Source: Eledone cirrhosa
Taxonomy: Eukaryota
Direction: 5' to 3'
Assembly: GCA_964016885.1 (NCBI GenBank)
Contig: OZ024762.1
Location: 868,001-932,000 of the forward strand
DNA: 64,000 nt
Positions 1-13,491 of this stretch are shown one piece after another. The notes beneath the pieces were generated by a model. The model searched no databases, was not told the origin of the DNA, and worked only from the letters and a program-made list of their open reading frames with translations. Numbering within the stretch: position 1 is the first letter of the stretch; every line of letters begins with the position of its first letter. Position numbers and translations under genes: made by a program.

Positions 1-289
1 TCCTTACACCAGGAGACTGTATTGTATACACACAAACAGTATATATCAATATAAGTGTATATATACATACAGACCTACATTTAATAATATAAATATAGCT
101 GTAAGTTAAGAGACAGTATATATATATCAATATAACTTTATATATAGTGTTGTCTTAATGGAATAAAAGGAAGCAGGTGTTTCTATATATATATATAGCT
201 GTATGTCTGTCATTGTTTTTATATTCATTAACATCTCGTTTGTTTCTTTCCAGGTATGTTGAAGATCTACGTCAGGCCACCACAGTGTG

Positions 290-333
<44 letters not shown>

Positions 334-335
334 TT

Positions 336-1296
336 AGCAAGACATACCCGTTCCAAAGACCCTCATGTATAGATAAGAAATGTATAACCTGTAAAATAAG
401 CCCCCATATTAACTGTAAAACTAGAAATGTAGTATATAGCATAAGATGTACTGAAGGACAATGTAGAAACAAAAATATAGTGTACATAGGTGAGACAGCT
501 CGTAGTGTAGGGGAACGAATAAATGAACACTGGCGAGACCTCCAAGATAGTAAAGAATCATCTGTGCTCTACCAACATGCTAAGATAGAACACAGGGGAA
601 AATTAGAGAGCATAGAAATAAAAATAGAATCCACACACAAGAAAGACGCAATGTTTAGGCAAATTACAGAGGCAGTAAGCATAAAAGAATTAAAACCAAA
701 ATTAAATAGAAAATATGAGTGGAACAGCAACATCACAACTTACAATTAAGGACAAAATGAAAACACACACACACATAGAACAAACAACTTACAATTGAAA
801 ACACACACAAGACAAAATGAAAACACACACACACATAGAACAAACAACTTACAATTGAAAACACACACAAGACAAAATGAAAACACACACACACATAGAA
901 CAAACAACCAACCAACAATAAATAAATAAATAAATAAACAAACAAATAGAAAAATATAAATAGAAAAATGAACACAAACACACACAGACACCCGGATGTG
1001 GCGCATGCGCAAACTGAGCACGCAACCCATACACAAACAAAATGGCGTAGGATAGAAGAAAGGAAAGGCACAGAAACGAAGAAAGAAATCCCCAGTCACT
1101 GAAGAGGTCACAGAGTGTGTGACGAAAGAACTATGACTATATATATATATAAACAACTATCTGGTTGTGGAACCAACCAACCAACCAGAAATTTATAAAT
1201 TTGTAAATTTATAAATATTTAATAAATTAAATTGAAGTGAAAGCAACTGGTGCGTGTGTTTCTTATTGGCAACATGACCCTCCCAAAGTATAACAA
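336..1296 (+). mobile_element. 5'-truncated Penelope-like retroelement: GIY-YIG endonuclease C-terminus plus 3' pseudo-LTR
   Basis: ORF ending at 749 reads C-x4-C-x2-C...NVVYSIRC...YIGETARSVGERINEH...EAVSI...PKLNRKYEW. It is followed by an A-rich UTR with ~60-bp direct repeats (741-905), a hammerhead motif and AATAAA, and is flanked by (TA)n. Confidence 0.88.
1094..1138 (+). ncRNA. Minimal type I hammerhead ribozyme (Penelope pLTR)
   Basis: AGUCA-CUGAAGA-G-GUCACA(GAGUG)UGUGAC-GAAA-GAAC-UA-UGACU: stem I 5 bp, stem II 6 bp, conserved core, very short stem III. Confidence 0.7.
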
Positions 1297-1559
1297 TATA
1301 TATATATATAAATGAAGTAATTCCGTCGGAAAAGTCCAGGAAAAAAGAGTGCTCTATGTAAGCAACAGAGCTTTTTAAGATCCAAATTCAATAAACAAAC
1401 CAGGATTTTTTCATTCTGAGGATTGAAAGCAAAACCTTTTGCTTTTAAGAAACCACTGGTAAATGGAATAATTGCCTTATGTTGTTTATTACATAATAAT
1501 AAATATATATATATATGGAGAGAGAGAGAGAGAGAGAAAGATAGTGAACGAGAGTAAGA

Positions 1560-1661
1560 GAGAGTGTGAGTGTGTTACAGAGAGAGTGTGCGTCAGTGAG
1601 AGAAAGAGTGCGTGCACGAGAGAGTGAGAGCGTGTGTCAGTGAACGGCCGCTAGGTGTCGG
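1560..1661 (+). promoter_or_regulatory. Probable promoter / non-coding first exon of the PARP gene
   Basis: Locally CpG-rich stretch after (GA)n ends in a consensus donor G|GTGAGT at 1662. An acceptor CAG at 1786-1788 lies just before ATG 1791. The start coordinate is approximate. Confidence 0.45.
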
Positions 1662-1790
1662 GTGAGTGCCAAGTTTCCAAGAAAGTAACATTGTTGTTGT
1701 TGCTTTAGAGAGGATTGTAGCACATTACTACAGTCTCACAGATATATACACATTATACACACATATATACATACATGTGTATATACAGAT

Positions 1791-1902
1791 ATGCCGAAAA
1801 GAAAACAAGGTTTGCCAACACATTTATGTATATTTATTTATTTGTCTATATAATCATTCATTAGTTTGTATGTATCGGTTGTATATAAACATGTACGAGA
1901 TA

Positions 1903-1937
<35 letters not shown>

Positions 1938-2282
1938 TAGAGTGTATATAAACATGAATAGTATATATATATATATATGTCTAGAGTGTATATAAACATG
2001 AATAGTATATATATATATATTATATATGTCTAGTGTAGTATATATAAGGCAGAAGTTAATAAAATGAAGTGTGATCTTTCGTTTTTCAGCTAAATTAATA
2101 TATATGTATATGTGATTGTATCAATATGATTTCTCAAGAATGAAACAGTTCTAGTCCTGTAGAATCTCATTTATATATATATAAGTTTATCCCGGGTTCA
2201 ATCGGTGGTAACCACAGTAAGGTACTCAATACATTAGTAGATGATGATTTCTCCCGAATGAAACGGTATTAGTCCTGTAGAA

Positions 2283-2316
<34 letters not shown>

Positions 2317-2436
2317 GAGGGTAATATTAAATATTATCCAATTACAAGTATGAGAATAACTCGATGTAAAATAAACAATCCAGAACCGAAATAAATAATC
2401 AAAGAGTGTTTAGAACATTTAATATCACTTACGATC

Positions 2437-2496
<60 letters not shown>

Positions 2497-4487
2497 ATTT
2501 CTTTATTAGCCACAAGGGCGCAACAAGAAAGGGGACAATACAAAGACATGCCGGGGATTTTACATACAGTCGTGTAAAAAATATAAAAACAAACAATTTC
2601 AACAATCGAAATCCCCAATAGGGGGGAGGCGCCACAAATGGGTTGTTTAATACCCCGTCGATAGAACAACCCTCAACTCAAGGAGCGTGTTGTGCAAGTG
2701 CTCCTTTCTTCCTTTTGCTCTCTTCCTCAACCTACAGGCTTATAAACAGAGAAGGCCCAATCACTCGGGCCATTTTCGCTTCATTCACCCACCTTTCAGT
2801 AAATTTACTGGGGTGCAGTGCCTCTCTCTCCACCCTGATTCTCCTTCTAAAGTGATACTTAAAGAATGGAATCAATTGGGTAAACGGAATAGAAAATGCT
2901 GACAAATTGTTCACAGTTGAAAAATGGTTTAATTAGGAATAAAAGAGTATTAGTGATTGTATGGGTTAGTATTCAGTTGTGGTTTTAAGTTTTTAAGTTT
3001 TTACCGGTTTAAGTGAAATAGCGTAAAAATAAAGGCTTCGTTGGTTTAAGCTATTTTTATAAAGGATGCCACAGAATGTACGATATATAATGATTACAAT
3101 ATTTTTTAGCAACAACTCTAGTCCCACACTTTTGAGCTTGCGCATTTTTCATGTCTAGTATATATATATATACACGTGTTTGTGTATTGTATAAAGTATT
3201 TAGGGTTGTAAGACTACAAATCAATGTAGTACTCAATACATATATAATGTAGTGTCTGAGTATGTTTTACAGAGATAGACTCCAGTTGGGGCTGTGTCTC
3301 TCCTATGTCCCACAATCTATCAGATCGATAAATTAGGGCCCAGGATCTAAAAAATTTATAAACTGGAGCCGATATGATCGAATAAAGTATAAGTGTACAC
3401 AAAATTTACATTAAGTTTAATGTGGTGCCCCAGCATGGCCGATGTCTAATGACTGGAACCGGTAAAATATATATATATATATAATGTTTATATACACACA
3501 CACAGGGTGTCTCCCAAAATGTATACATATATTTATTAGAATTCTGTTGAAATGATATACATTTTTTGGGATACCTTATATATATAAGGTGCCCCAAATG
3601 TATACATTTATATATGTATATATATATATATATAAGAAATGAAATGTGGTAAGGAACCAGATGGACCATAACGCACCAGAGTACTCAATACTTAGGGTAG
3701 TAGAGTAGGAAATAGGAAAAGGTATGACCCCGACGGCAGAGCTCAAGCCGTTTAGACAGCTATTTCTGGACCAGAAATAGCCGTCGCAATGGCTTGAACT
3801 CTGCCGTCGGGGTCATACCTTTTCCTATATATATATTTGTATATATACCACCTGCAAAATAAGAAACACATCAAAAACTACCCCGGTACAATTTCATGTT
3901 CCTTATTACGCAGATAAACTAATAAATTTTAATATTTTACTAGAAATAATGGTGAGCTTTTATAAATATTTATTTTTCAGACAGAATTGGTTTTATTTCG
4001 ATTGTAAATCATTTTAATAATTATCTTTCGTAAATTATAATTAAAAATTTAATCCATGTTAGTCGGTGCTGCCATTTCCGAACTAAATATAACAATTTAG
4101 CTGTATATATATATATATATATACATACTTACATATGTATATATGTATATATATACATATATATATATATATGTGTGTGTGTGTGATTTCTTTTGAATGA
4201 AACAATTCTAGTCCTGTAGAAGCCATTTCTATATTAAACTTGATGTTTACACTCTACTAATGTATTGAGTACCTTACTGTGGTTACCTTCGATTGAACCC
4301 GGGACTCACACACACACACGTGTATATATATATATATATATACACACACACATACAGGATGTCCCAAAAAATGTATACACACTTTTGTTAGAATGCTATT
4401 GAAATAAGTATACATTTTGGCGGAACACGCTGTATTTATTAATTTAGCTGAATGAAAGATAACACTTCATTTTATTAACTTCTACGT

Positions 4488-4525
<38 letters not shown>

Positions 4526-7500
4526 TGTGTGTATAGGAGATTGTATATAAAGAAGCAATCTATAAAACTTCGAAGTCACTTTTATCTATTTCTTCAAAAA
4601 GTAAAGATCATATGTATTGAGAGCTACATTCATTTTTAAAACAACCACTTTATTTAATGTCTATATAATATATACACACACACACACCAGTAAACCATGT
4701 TATTTCGTATTTTGTGTGTGTATATATATATATATATACACCAGTAAACCATGTTATTTCGTATTTATGTGTGTGTATCTATATATATATATATATACAC
4801 ACAGACATCAGTAAAGCATGTTGTTAGTTGGTATTTGGCTGCCATTGTTAAAATGCCAACATCCATTCACAAATATCGGCGCGAAAACCACATTATGAAT
4901 GGTGTTACGGCTTACTATAGCTCTGCCTACACACCAGCTCGCTGTTACATATATATATAATTGTTTCTACTTTAGGCACAAGGCCAGCAATTACTCAGTG
5001 CATTACTGGTACTTTATTTTATCGACCCCGTAAGGATGAAAGGCAAAGTCAACCTCGGCGGGATTTGAACTCAGATCGTAAAGGGACGTAACTATGCTGG
5101 AAAGCATGGCGTCCGACCCTCTACCGATACTGCCAATCCACCGTGAATCTTTGTCTATACTGTATATACACGAATGGGCTATGTAGCCGGTAAACTCTAA
5201 GGGGACGCAACACACATCGCTATAGCATTTCACCAGCCTTTTCCTTCTGCTGTCTGTATCTATTCACGTATTTACGTTTGGTGATTAATAAATAATTTCA
5301 ATAAAGTAAATCGAATAGGCTATATAGCCGGTAAACAATAAAAGGACGCAACACGTATGTATTTACGTGTAGATGAGTGTATATGTAACTAAAGTGCAAC
5401 GTTACCAATGGAAGAATAAATGATATTAACTTGTTTCTTAGTGGAAAAGATTTCAAATTGTCTGACACTCTTACCGGCTACATAGCCTCTTCCATATATA
5501 CATATAACAGCAGGAAAGCCCTGATGATTTCCTTCGAATGAAACAGTTCTAGTCCTGTAGAAATCATTTCTATGTTAAATTTGTTATATACATACACTCA
5601 ACTAATGTATTGAGTACCTTACTTACTCTGGTTACCCTCGATTGAACACACCCGATATATATATATGTAGTATTAATATATAAAGGAACAAAGAATCAGT
5701 GTTACCTCATATACATATTTAATTACATATTACATATGTTTCACTGTCGATCAGCTCGAGGTATGATCTATTGATGTGATCGAACCTGACTCTAGAATTG
5801 GGAGCTCTTCAGATATGTTTTAACATGTAGACACGTGTCTGAGAGTGGTGTATATATATATATACAGAAGACTGAGATGGTATGGACATGTGATGCACAT
5901 GGAGTGTGACAATTGGGGCCAGTCATATCACTAGGCCCAACGGAAAATTTTGAGGCATGCCAAAACACTGGCAGTATTACCATGGGTGAAGGCGTGGCTA
6001 AGACACTGAAACAACCAAGCTCCATCACTAGGAACAAAATACCAGTAATTAGAGGAGGACCAGATATATGGCTGCCAATGGTTCTCAACCAATTCCTGTA
6101 GTAAAGCCAGGACCCTGGACTTTATGGGAGTGTGTTTTGCTCAAGAACAGAAGATGCTACCCAGCCCACAAATGAAACCCATGACATGATTGTAAGTCCA
6201 ACACCCTTACCACAAGGCCACGTGCCTTTACTGGTTGATAACTAAAAGGTTAAAATGTTTTTTTTTGTTTTATTTCTCCTCTCATTAGCAGCAACTGTTG
6301 TCGACAGTAATGGCACCTCAGGCAAGAAACTTAAAACTACTTCCATTCCGATGGATGTGTTATCGGAAATTGATGGACTCAAAGTAAAGTGGCACTATGA
6401 AGATACTGGGAAATGGGTGCCTTACTCGGATAACATCTCCGAACAGTTAACAGACCGATATAATGGTGGCGATACTGAAGTAAGTCTATTTCTTTGACAA
6501 CCTCTCTAGTGCTGGTGCCATGATAACATACACCCAGTACACTCTGTAAAGTGGTAGTGCTGGTGTCATGATAAGATACACCCAATACACTCTGTAAAGT
6601 GGTAGTGCTGGTGACATGATAAAATACACCCAGTACACTCTGTAAAGTGGTAGTGCTGGTGTCATGATAAAATACACCCAATACACTCTGTAAAGTGGTA
6701 GTGCTGGTGTCATGATAAAATACACCCAATACACTCTGTAAAGTGGTAGTGTTGGTGTCATGATAAAATACACCCAATACACTCTGTAAAGTGGTAGTGT
6801 TGGTGTCATGATAAAATACACCCAGTACACTCTGTAAAGTGGTAGTGACGGTGCTGGTGATGGTGGTGATATTTATAAATGTATTTTCTTTCTCACCAGG
6901 TTGAAGTGTCTGGTATCAGGGGCCGCAAGCTGTATGTATCCTTAGAACATCTGACACAGAAAACAACAGCTGGTAGATCAGCCCGTGGTGCAATACGGAT
7001 TCGTTGTTGTTTTCAGGATGAGCAGGATAAAGGTGATTATATTATCTCCCCTTAAAGGAGCACTCTTCTATCTTTTTCGTCAACCTCCTGTAGCTATCCC
7101 TCTTATTGATTTATTTTCTGTCCTCTTTTTCTCTTTATACATGTGTGTATATGTGTATAAATATATGTGTGTGTATCATCATCATCGTTTTACGTCCAGT
7201 CTTCCACGCTAGCATAGGTTAGATGAGTTGTCCTGTTCTGGGCAATGCTAGGTCAGGTGACCTTGTCTTGCTCCCACGGGAATTGATTTTGGCTTGATTT
7301 CTACAGCTGGATGTCTTTCCTAACACCAACCTCATATATATATATATATATATGGAGGCACATGGCTTAGTGGTTAGAACATTGGCCTTGCAATCGAAAG
7401 GTTGTGAGTTCAATTCTCAGACCGGGTGATGTGTTGTTTCCTTGAGCAAGACATTTTATTTCACATTGCTCCAGTTTACTCAGCTGTAGAAATGGAGGTG

Positions 7501-8434
7501 CCACGGCAAAAAAGCACCCAGCACTCACTGTAAATGAGGTTGGTGTTAGGAAGGGCATCCAGCTGTAGAAATCAAGCCAGAATCAGATCCCGTCCCACCC
7601 TTGCAAGCAGGGAAAAGTGGACGTAAAATGATGATGATGATGATATATATGTATTTATATATATATTCTGAATGGAACTAGTTGTTGAAACGGCAAGAGC
7701 TCAGCTGTCGTGCCTCATATCTTTATATATATATATTGGTCATGAACTCAGCAGACAGCTAGAAGTTGAACAGAAAAACATGAAGAAAAAATATGAATTA
7801 CTTTTTTTGTTTTGATTCATTGATTTACTCTGGGTATATCAAAAAGTACTCACGATTACAAATCCAGTTCTCTCACCAATCAGCCACACGCCTTCACTTT
7901 TGTTATATATCAGTTATTAATTATTCCTTCTGTTTTCTCTACGTTGTTCCCAGAATATTACAGTTGGCAATGGCAGGGTGAAGATGGCCGCTGGGAGATG
8001 TATTGTATCCCGTCCAGTCTGGCTTTAGAGAAGGCCTTCAGGAAGGCCATGCCAACGGTGGACATTGTAACAAGTAACCAGTCATACATGATTGACCTTC
8101 ACACCCTGAAACAGTCCAACGAGGTGGACAATATTATCTCATCAGTGCAGAGAATCAAGTGTAAGTCAACTTTTTATCTCTTAACTTCCTCTACCTCCTC
8201 CTGTAGCACAGGCGGGCGGATGGAGTCGTTGGCAACAAGCTAGGAGTATTGGTGGGAGAGCATCACTTGCTGTGTAGTTAGTTACTATGATGATATCTAT
8301 CTGTCTTTCACATACAGTCTCTCTGTATTTCTCTCTCAACATTTCACATGGGGAAAAAATAGTTTCGGTTTACGAAAATTTCAAGTGACGAACAACCTTC
8401 AGGAGTGAATTAAGTTTGTGAACCGAGGTTCCAC

Positions 8435-8466
<32 letters not shown>

Positions 8467-11400
8467 ATCATTTCATTTTACGTCCGCTTTTCCCTGCTTG
8501 CAAGGGTGGGACGGGAACTGATTCTGGCTTGATCTCTACAGCTGGATGCCCTTCCTAACACCAACCTCATTTACAGTGAGTGCTGGGTGCTTTTTTGCCG
8601 TGGCACCTCCACGACTACTTTGCAGTGGAATGATAGGGACCCCCAGTCCCTATCATCTCATTTCTACAGCTGAGTAAACTGGAGCAATGTGAAATAAAGT
8701 GTCTTGCTCAAGGAAACAACACATCACCCGGTCTGAGAATTGAACTCACAGCCTTTCGATTGCAAGGCCAATGCTCTAACCACTGAGCCATGTGCCTCCA
8801 TGATATATATATATGTGTATATGTGTATCCCGGGTTCAATCGGGGGTAACCACAGAAAGGTAGTCAATACATAGCAGAGTATAAATTTTTAATATAGAAA
8901 TGACAGTCGGCTTTCCTGATGATTTCCTTTGAATGAAACAGTTCTAGTCCTGTGGAAGCCATTTCTTTATATATATATATTTACATACACAGTTATAATA
9001 TACATATGCCAAGGCCTCCAGCATGGCCACAGCCATTATACTAGAGAGAAACAGAACCCATTAATGTTTCAATGAGAGGTTTACTGTTTGTCTTCTCTCC
9101 CTCACTCTCCTTCACCCCCCTCACACTCCTTCATCCCCTCTCTCTCACCCCACAGGTGGAAGCTCCACATCTTCAGCTGACGCAGTCTCCGACTCCCGTA
9201 GTAGCAGTCGCAGCAGTCGCAAGACAAGTGCAGCCCAGCCTCAGGCGACGACAAACCGGAAGAAAACTGGGAAGCAGAGCGGTCCATCTTCGGGAGATAA
9301 CAAAATAAAGAAGGAATTGCCTGAAGAGAATGGACACAGCAACGAGGACAGCAAGGATAGTAAGTGGTCGTTCTATTACTGAACCTTTAGAATATATCTG
9401 GTCATATTTGACCAGAATTCTCTCACCTCTTCCTGTTCAAACCAACCATATCTGGCCAGAATTGTTTCACCTCTTTCTACAGTTACTCATACTGATAAGT
9501 TATTATTGTTCTCAAAATAAATATGAAAATCTTCAATATTATGTGAAATAAAATGTTTACCATGACAATACAATGTTAAATATAGAGTAATGTAATTGCT
9601 AAAGGGTTAAAGCTTTCTTCTTTCTAATTTCATTTCCTCCATAACATGTTTGATAGCTTTACCTGGTCAAATGTTTCACTTTGGGGGTGAACATTACACC
9701 TGTTTCACTTTGGAGGTGAATATTACACCTGTTTCACTTTAGAGGTGAATATTACACCTGTTTCACTTTGGACATGAAATTCATATTTCCTGTTGTGGTT
9801 GATATGTTTTGAATGAATACGGCCTTAAAAATGGGTGGAAATTGGTAAAAACATTGTTATGTAATGGAGTTGTGAAACAAAAACTATTCTAAACGACACT
9901 TAAAACATTTTAATTACCAGAATATTAAAACTTCATAAATATATTCTCTACTCATGAGAATATCAAAACCTCACCATGTAAACATGTGTTGACTTACAAA
10001 CGACGTTAGGATTTTTACATATTAGTCAGATATAAAATAGTTGGGGACGGGTCAGCTTATATTTGAGTCAATACTGTCCCCATTGATGATAATAAATTAC
10101 TGTATATTTCAGTAAAAACAGTTGTGGTCAAGGGAAAGGCCCCAGTTGATAGTGAATGTCCAATGTTGCGTCGTGTCCATGTCTTCACACAAGGAAATGA
10201 TGTATGGGACTGCATGCTAAACCAGGTAAAATTTTCTATTTTACACTTAAAACTTTCCATATTGTCCAATAATGCATTTTTGCATATGTGTATGTATATA
10301 TATATGTATGTGTATGTATATATATGTATGTGTATATATATGTATGTGTATGTATATATATGTATGTGTATGTGTATATATATGTATGTGTATGTATATA
10401 TATGTATGTGTTGTTTTAACATCCACTCTCCCTGAGATATTCTTTTCTCCTCTCCTCTCTAGACCAATGCACTTAACAACAACAATAAGTTCTACTTGAT
10501 ACAACTTCTCCAACAAGACAGTAAACCTAATTACTACGTGTGGTTGAGATGGGGCCGTGTTGGCTATAAAGGTCAGACCAACCTTGTCAACTGTGTCTCC
10601 AACTTAAACAGTGCCATTGATGTTTTCACCAAAAAGTAAGTTAGATATTGTTTTGTTTTTGTTATTGAACCCTAAACTATGGAAAATAATTGTTTGGTTA
10701 TTGAACCCTAAACTATGGAAAATAATTGTTTGGTTATTGAACCCTAAACTATGGAAAATAATTGTTTGGTTATTGAACCCTAAACTATGGAAAATAATTG
10801 TTTGGTTATTGAACCCTAAACTATGGAAAGTTTAGAAGATAACAGAGGTGATTATATAAAATAATGGTGGAAGGTTTTGATAAATGTAAACAGTTTAAAA
10901 CATAGTTTAGTATCTTAGAACCAATGTCATAGAACCAGGTGGTTTGATATCTTACAACTAATGTCAGTTTCAGGTGGTTTGATGTACTAGAACCAGGGTC
11001 ACGGTCAGATGGTTTGATGTCCTATAACCAAGGTCAGGGCCAGGTGGTCTGGTATCTTAGAACCAATGTCAAGGTTAGATGGTTTGTTTAATTATATTTC
11101 TCTTTTCTGTTTTCTTGTAGATTCCAGGATAAAACCAAGAATGAATGGAGTGAACGACACAAATTTAAAAAGGTCTCTGGAAAATATGATTTGATCCAAA
11201 TGGATTACAGTACCGAGGTAATCATCACCTTCATCTTCATATCAACCTTAATGCACCGAAACCATAGAGACCTCCAGAGGTTATCTGGTGAGATGGGATT
11301 GTCCCTCTTTCAGGTGTTTTTTCCATTGTCTTTGTCTTGTGATCTCCATATTTTGAATTTGCAACAAGAAAGATGAAAAAAACATACCTCAACACTTAAT

Positions 11401-13458
11401 TTTAAATCTTTAATTCTTAGTTTTTAATCCTTATTAATTCTTTTTAATTGTAATACTCAGCATTTGATAAGATTAATTTTACTAATACATCGAAACCGGT
11501 TATACTTCTCTTTTTTTTTTAAAGAATTGTCCTTCTCATTTTTTCAATAATGTCACTTTGATGAATCAAAGAAAGGAAAAACAGACCCTTAAATATATTT
11601 TCAGTGCTATTTCTAATTTCACCCTCTCCCTCTCTCTCTCTATATATATATGTATATATATATGACAGAATATTTGTTGTTTATGTTTAACAGGGAAAAG
11701 ACGATGTTGATGGTGTCGACATAAAGAAAGAAAGTATTTGCAAGGTTCCTGATTCTACACTCGATCCATCTCTACAGGTAAGTCTTTGATATTGCAACAC
11801 TCCCCTCTCCCTCTCAGGGATATATGTTTGTTGCTGGTATAGGAGCGATTTCATACCCAAGAAATGCTGTATGTCAATACGCCACCCCTATAACTATATA
11901 GATATGTGCGTGTGTGTGTGTGTGTATATATACAGGGAGTGTAACTTGGAGTTACTGTAGGTTCACCCGGGTGAGCACTCGATGTTTAGGTTCACTTCAG
12001 TGTCGAGGTGTAGAGCTAGACAGAGTCTATTATAGTGAAGACAACAAGAACGATTGGTTACTCCTCCATCACATTGACGCGAGTCACCAACCAATAAATG
12101 TAATGAAGGAGTAACCAATCGTCCTTGTTATCTTTTCACTATATATATATATATATATCGTGAAGGCGCATGCCTTAGTGGTAGGAGCATTGGGCTTGTA
12201 ATCAAAAGGTTGTGAGTTCAATTCTCGGACCGGGTGATGTGTTGTGTCCTTCAGCAAGACACTTTATTTCACGTTACTCCAGTTTACTCAGCTGTAGAAA
12301 TGAGATGATAGGGACTGGGGTCCCTATTATTAATTACCCAAGACACCTCCAACGAGATATACCTTGGAGGAGGCCAGCTAAACCTGTATAGGTGTGAGCT
12401 GTCACACACACTCATACACATAGGTGTGAGCTGTCACACACTCACACACATATATATATATATATATATCCAAGAGATGTCAACATGAATGGACCTGTTA
12501 TTTTTATCTAAAGACATTTTTTCCGTCCCCTCAATCTATCTTATTTCTCATTCTTTCTTCTGATGAAGGACTTGCGTCTGAAACGTTAAGACCCTCTTCC
12601 TGTTATTTCAAGCGTTAACCTAATGTATCCCTTCCATATACTGTACCGATTGTGTTGTTATTTCTGTTTACTTTTTACACACGTACATATATATAACGCT
12701 TATGTGGACCTCTCAAATTCGTTGGATTTTCACCCCAAAACTAGATATAAACCCAAAGTCTACCTGAGCTTCCACCAGGAAATCTTTCGTATCACTGAAA
12801 TTTTCTTTGCTTCTTACATTTATATATATATATATAATAAGCTATAATATCCATGTTCTGCCTGCTTATCTACACTATAAGTTACTTTATCCATGTTCTG
12901 TTGCAGAAATTAATTCAGTTAATCTCTGACATTAACACAATGAAAGAAACTGTCGTTGAAATGAAATATGATGCACAGAAAGCTCCTCTCGGTAAGTTGT
13001 TGTTGTTGTTACTGTTGTTGTTGTTGTTGTCAAACATTGTTCATATCAAATAAAAATCCATCAATGGATGATCAATTTTATAATTAGTTCCTTTAATTAA
13101 TCTTTGCCAGGTCGTTTAACAGAGAAACAGATCAATGCTGGTTACCAGGCCCTGGAAAAAATTGCTGATTGTATAGAAAAGAAAAACTTTGGTACCAGCC
13201 TCACCTCAGCATGTGATGAATTTTATACAAGGATTCCTCACACATTCGGGTATGTTTCAACGTCATCATCATCGCTGTTTAATGTCCATTCTTCCATCCT
13301 AGTGTGGGTTACACAAGTTGTTCTGTTTTGGGCAATGCTAGGTCAGGTGACCTTGTCTTGCTCATACAGAACTGATTTTGGCTGGGTTTCTACACCTAGA
13401 TGCCCTTCTTAACACCAACTTAATTCTTTGAGTATGTATATATAACAATATTTAGGGC

Positions 13459-13491
<33 letters not shown>

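Noticed and set aside
4751-4960. Short ORF with ATG as an alternative PARP first exon
   Set aside because: No convincing donor in phase with the 6289 acceptor, and no recognisable protein features.
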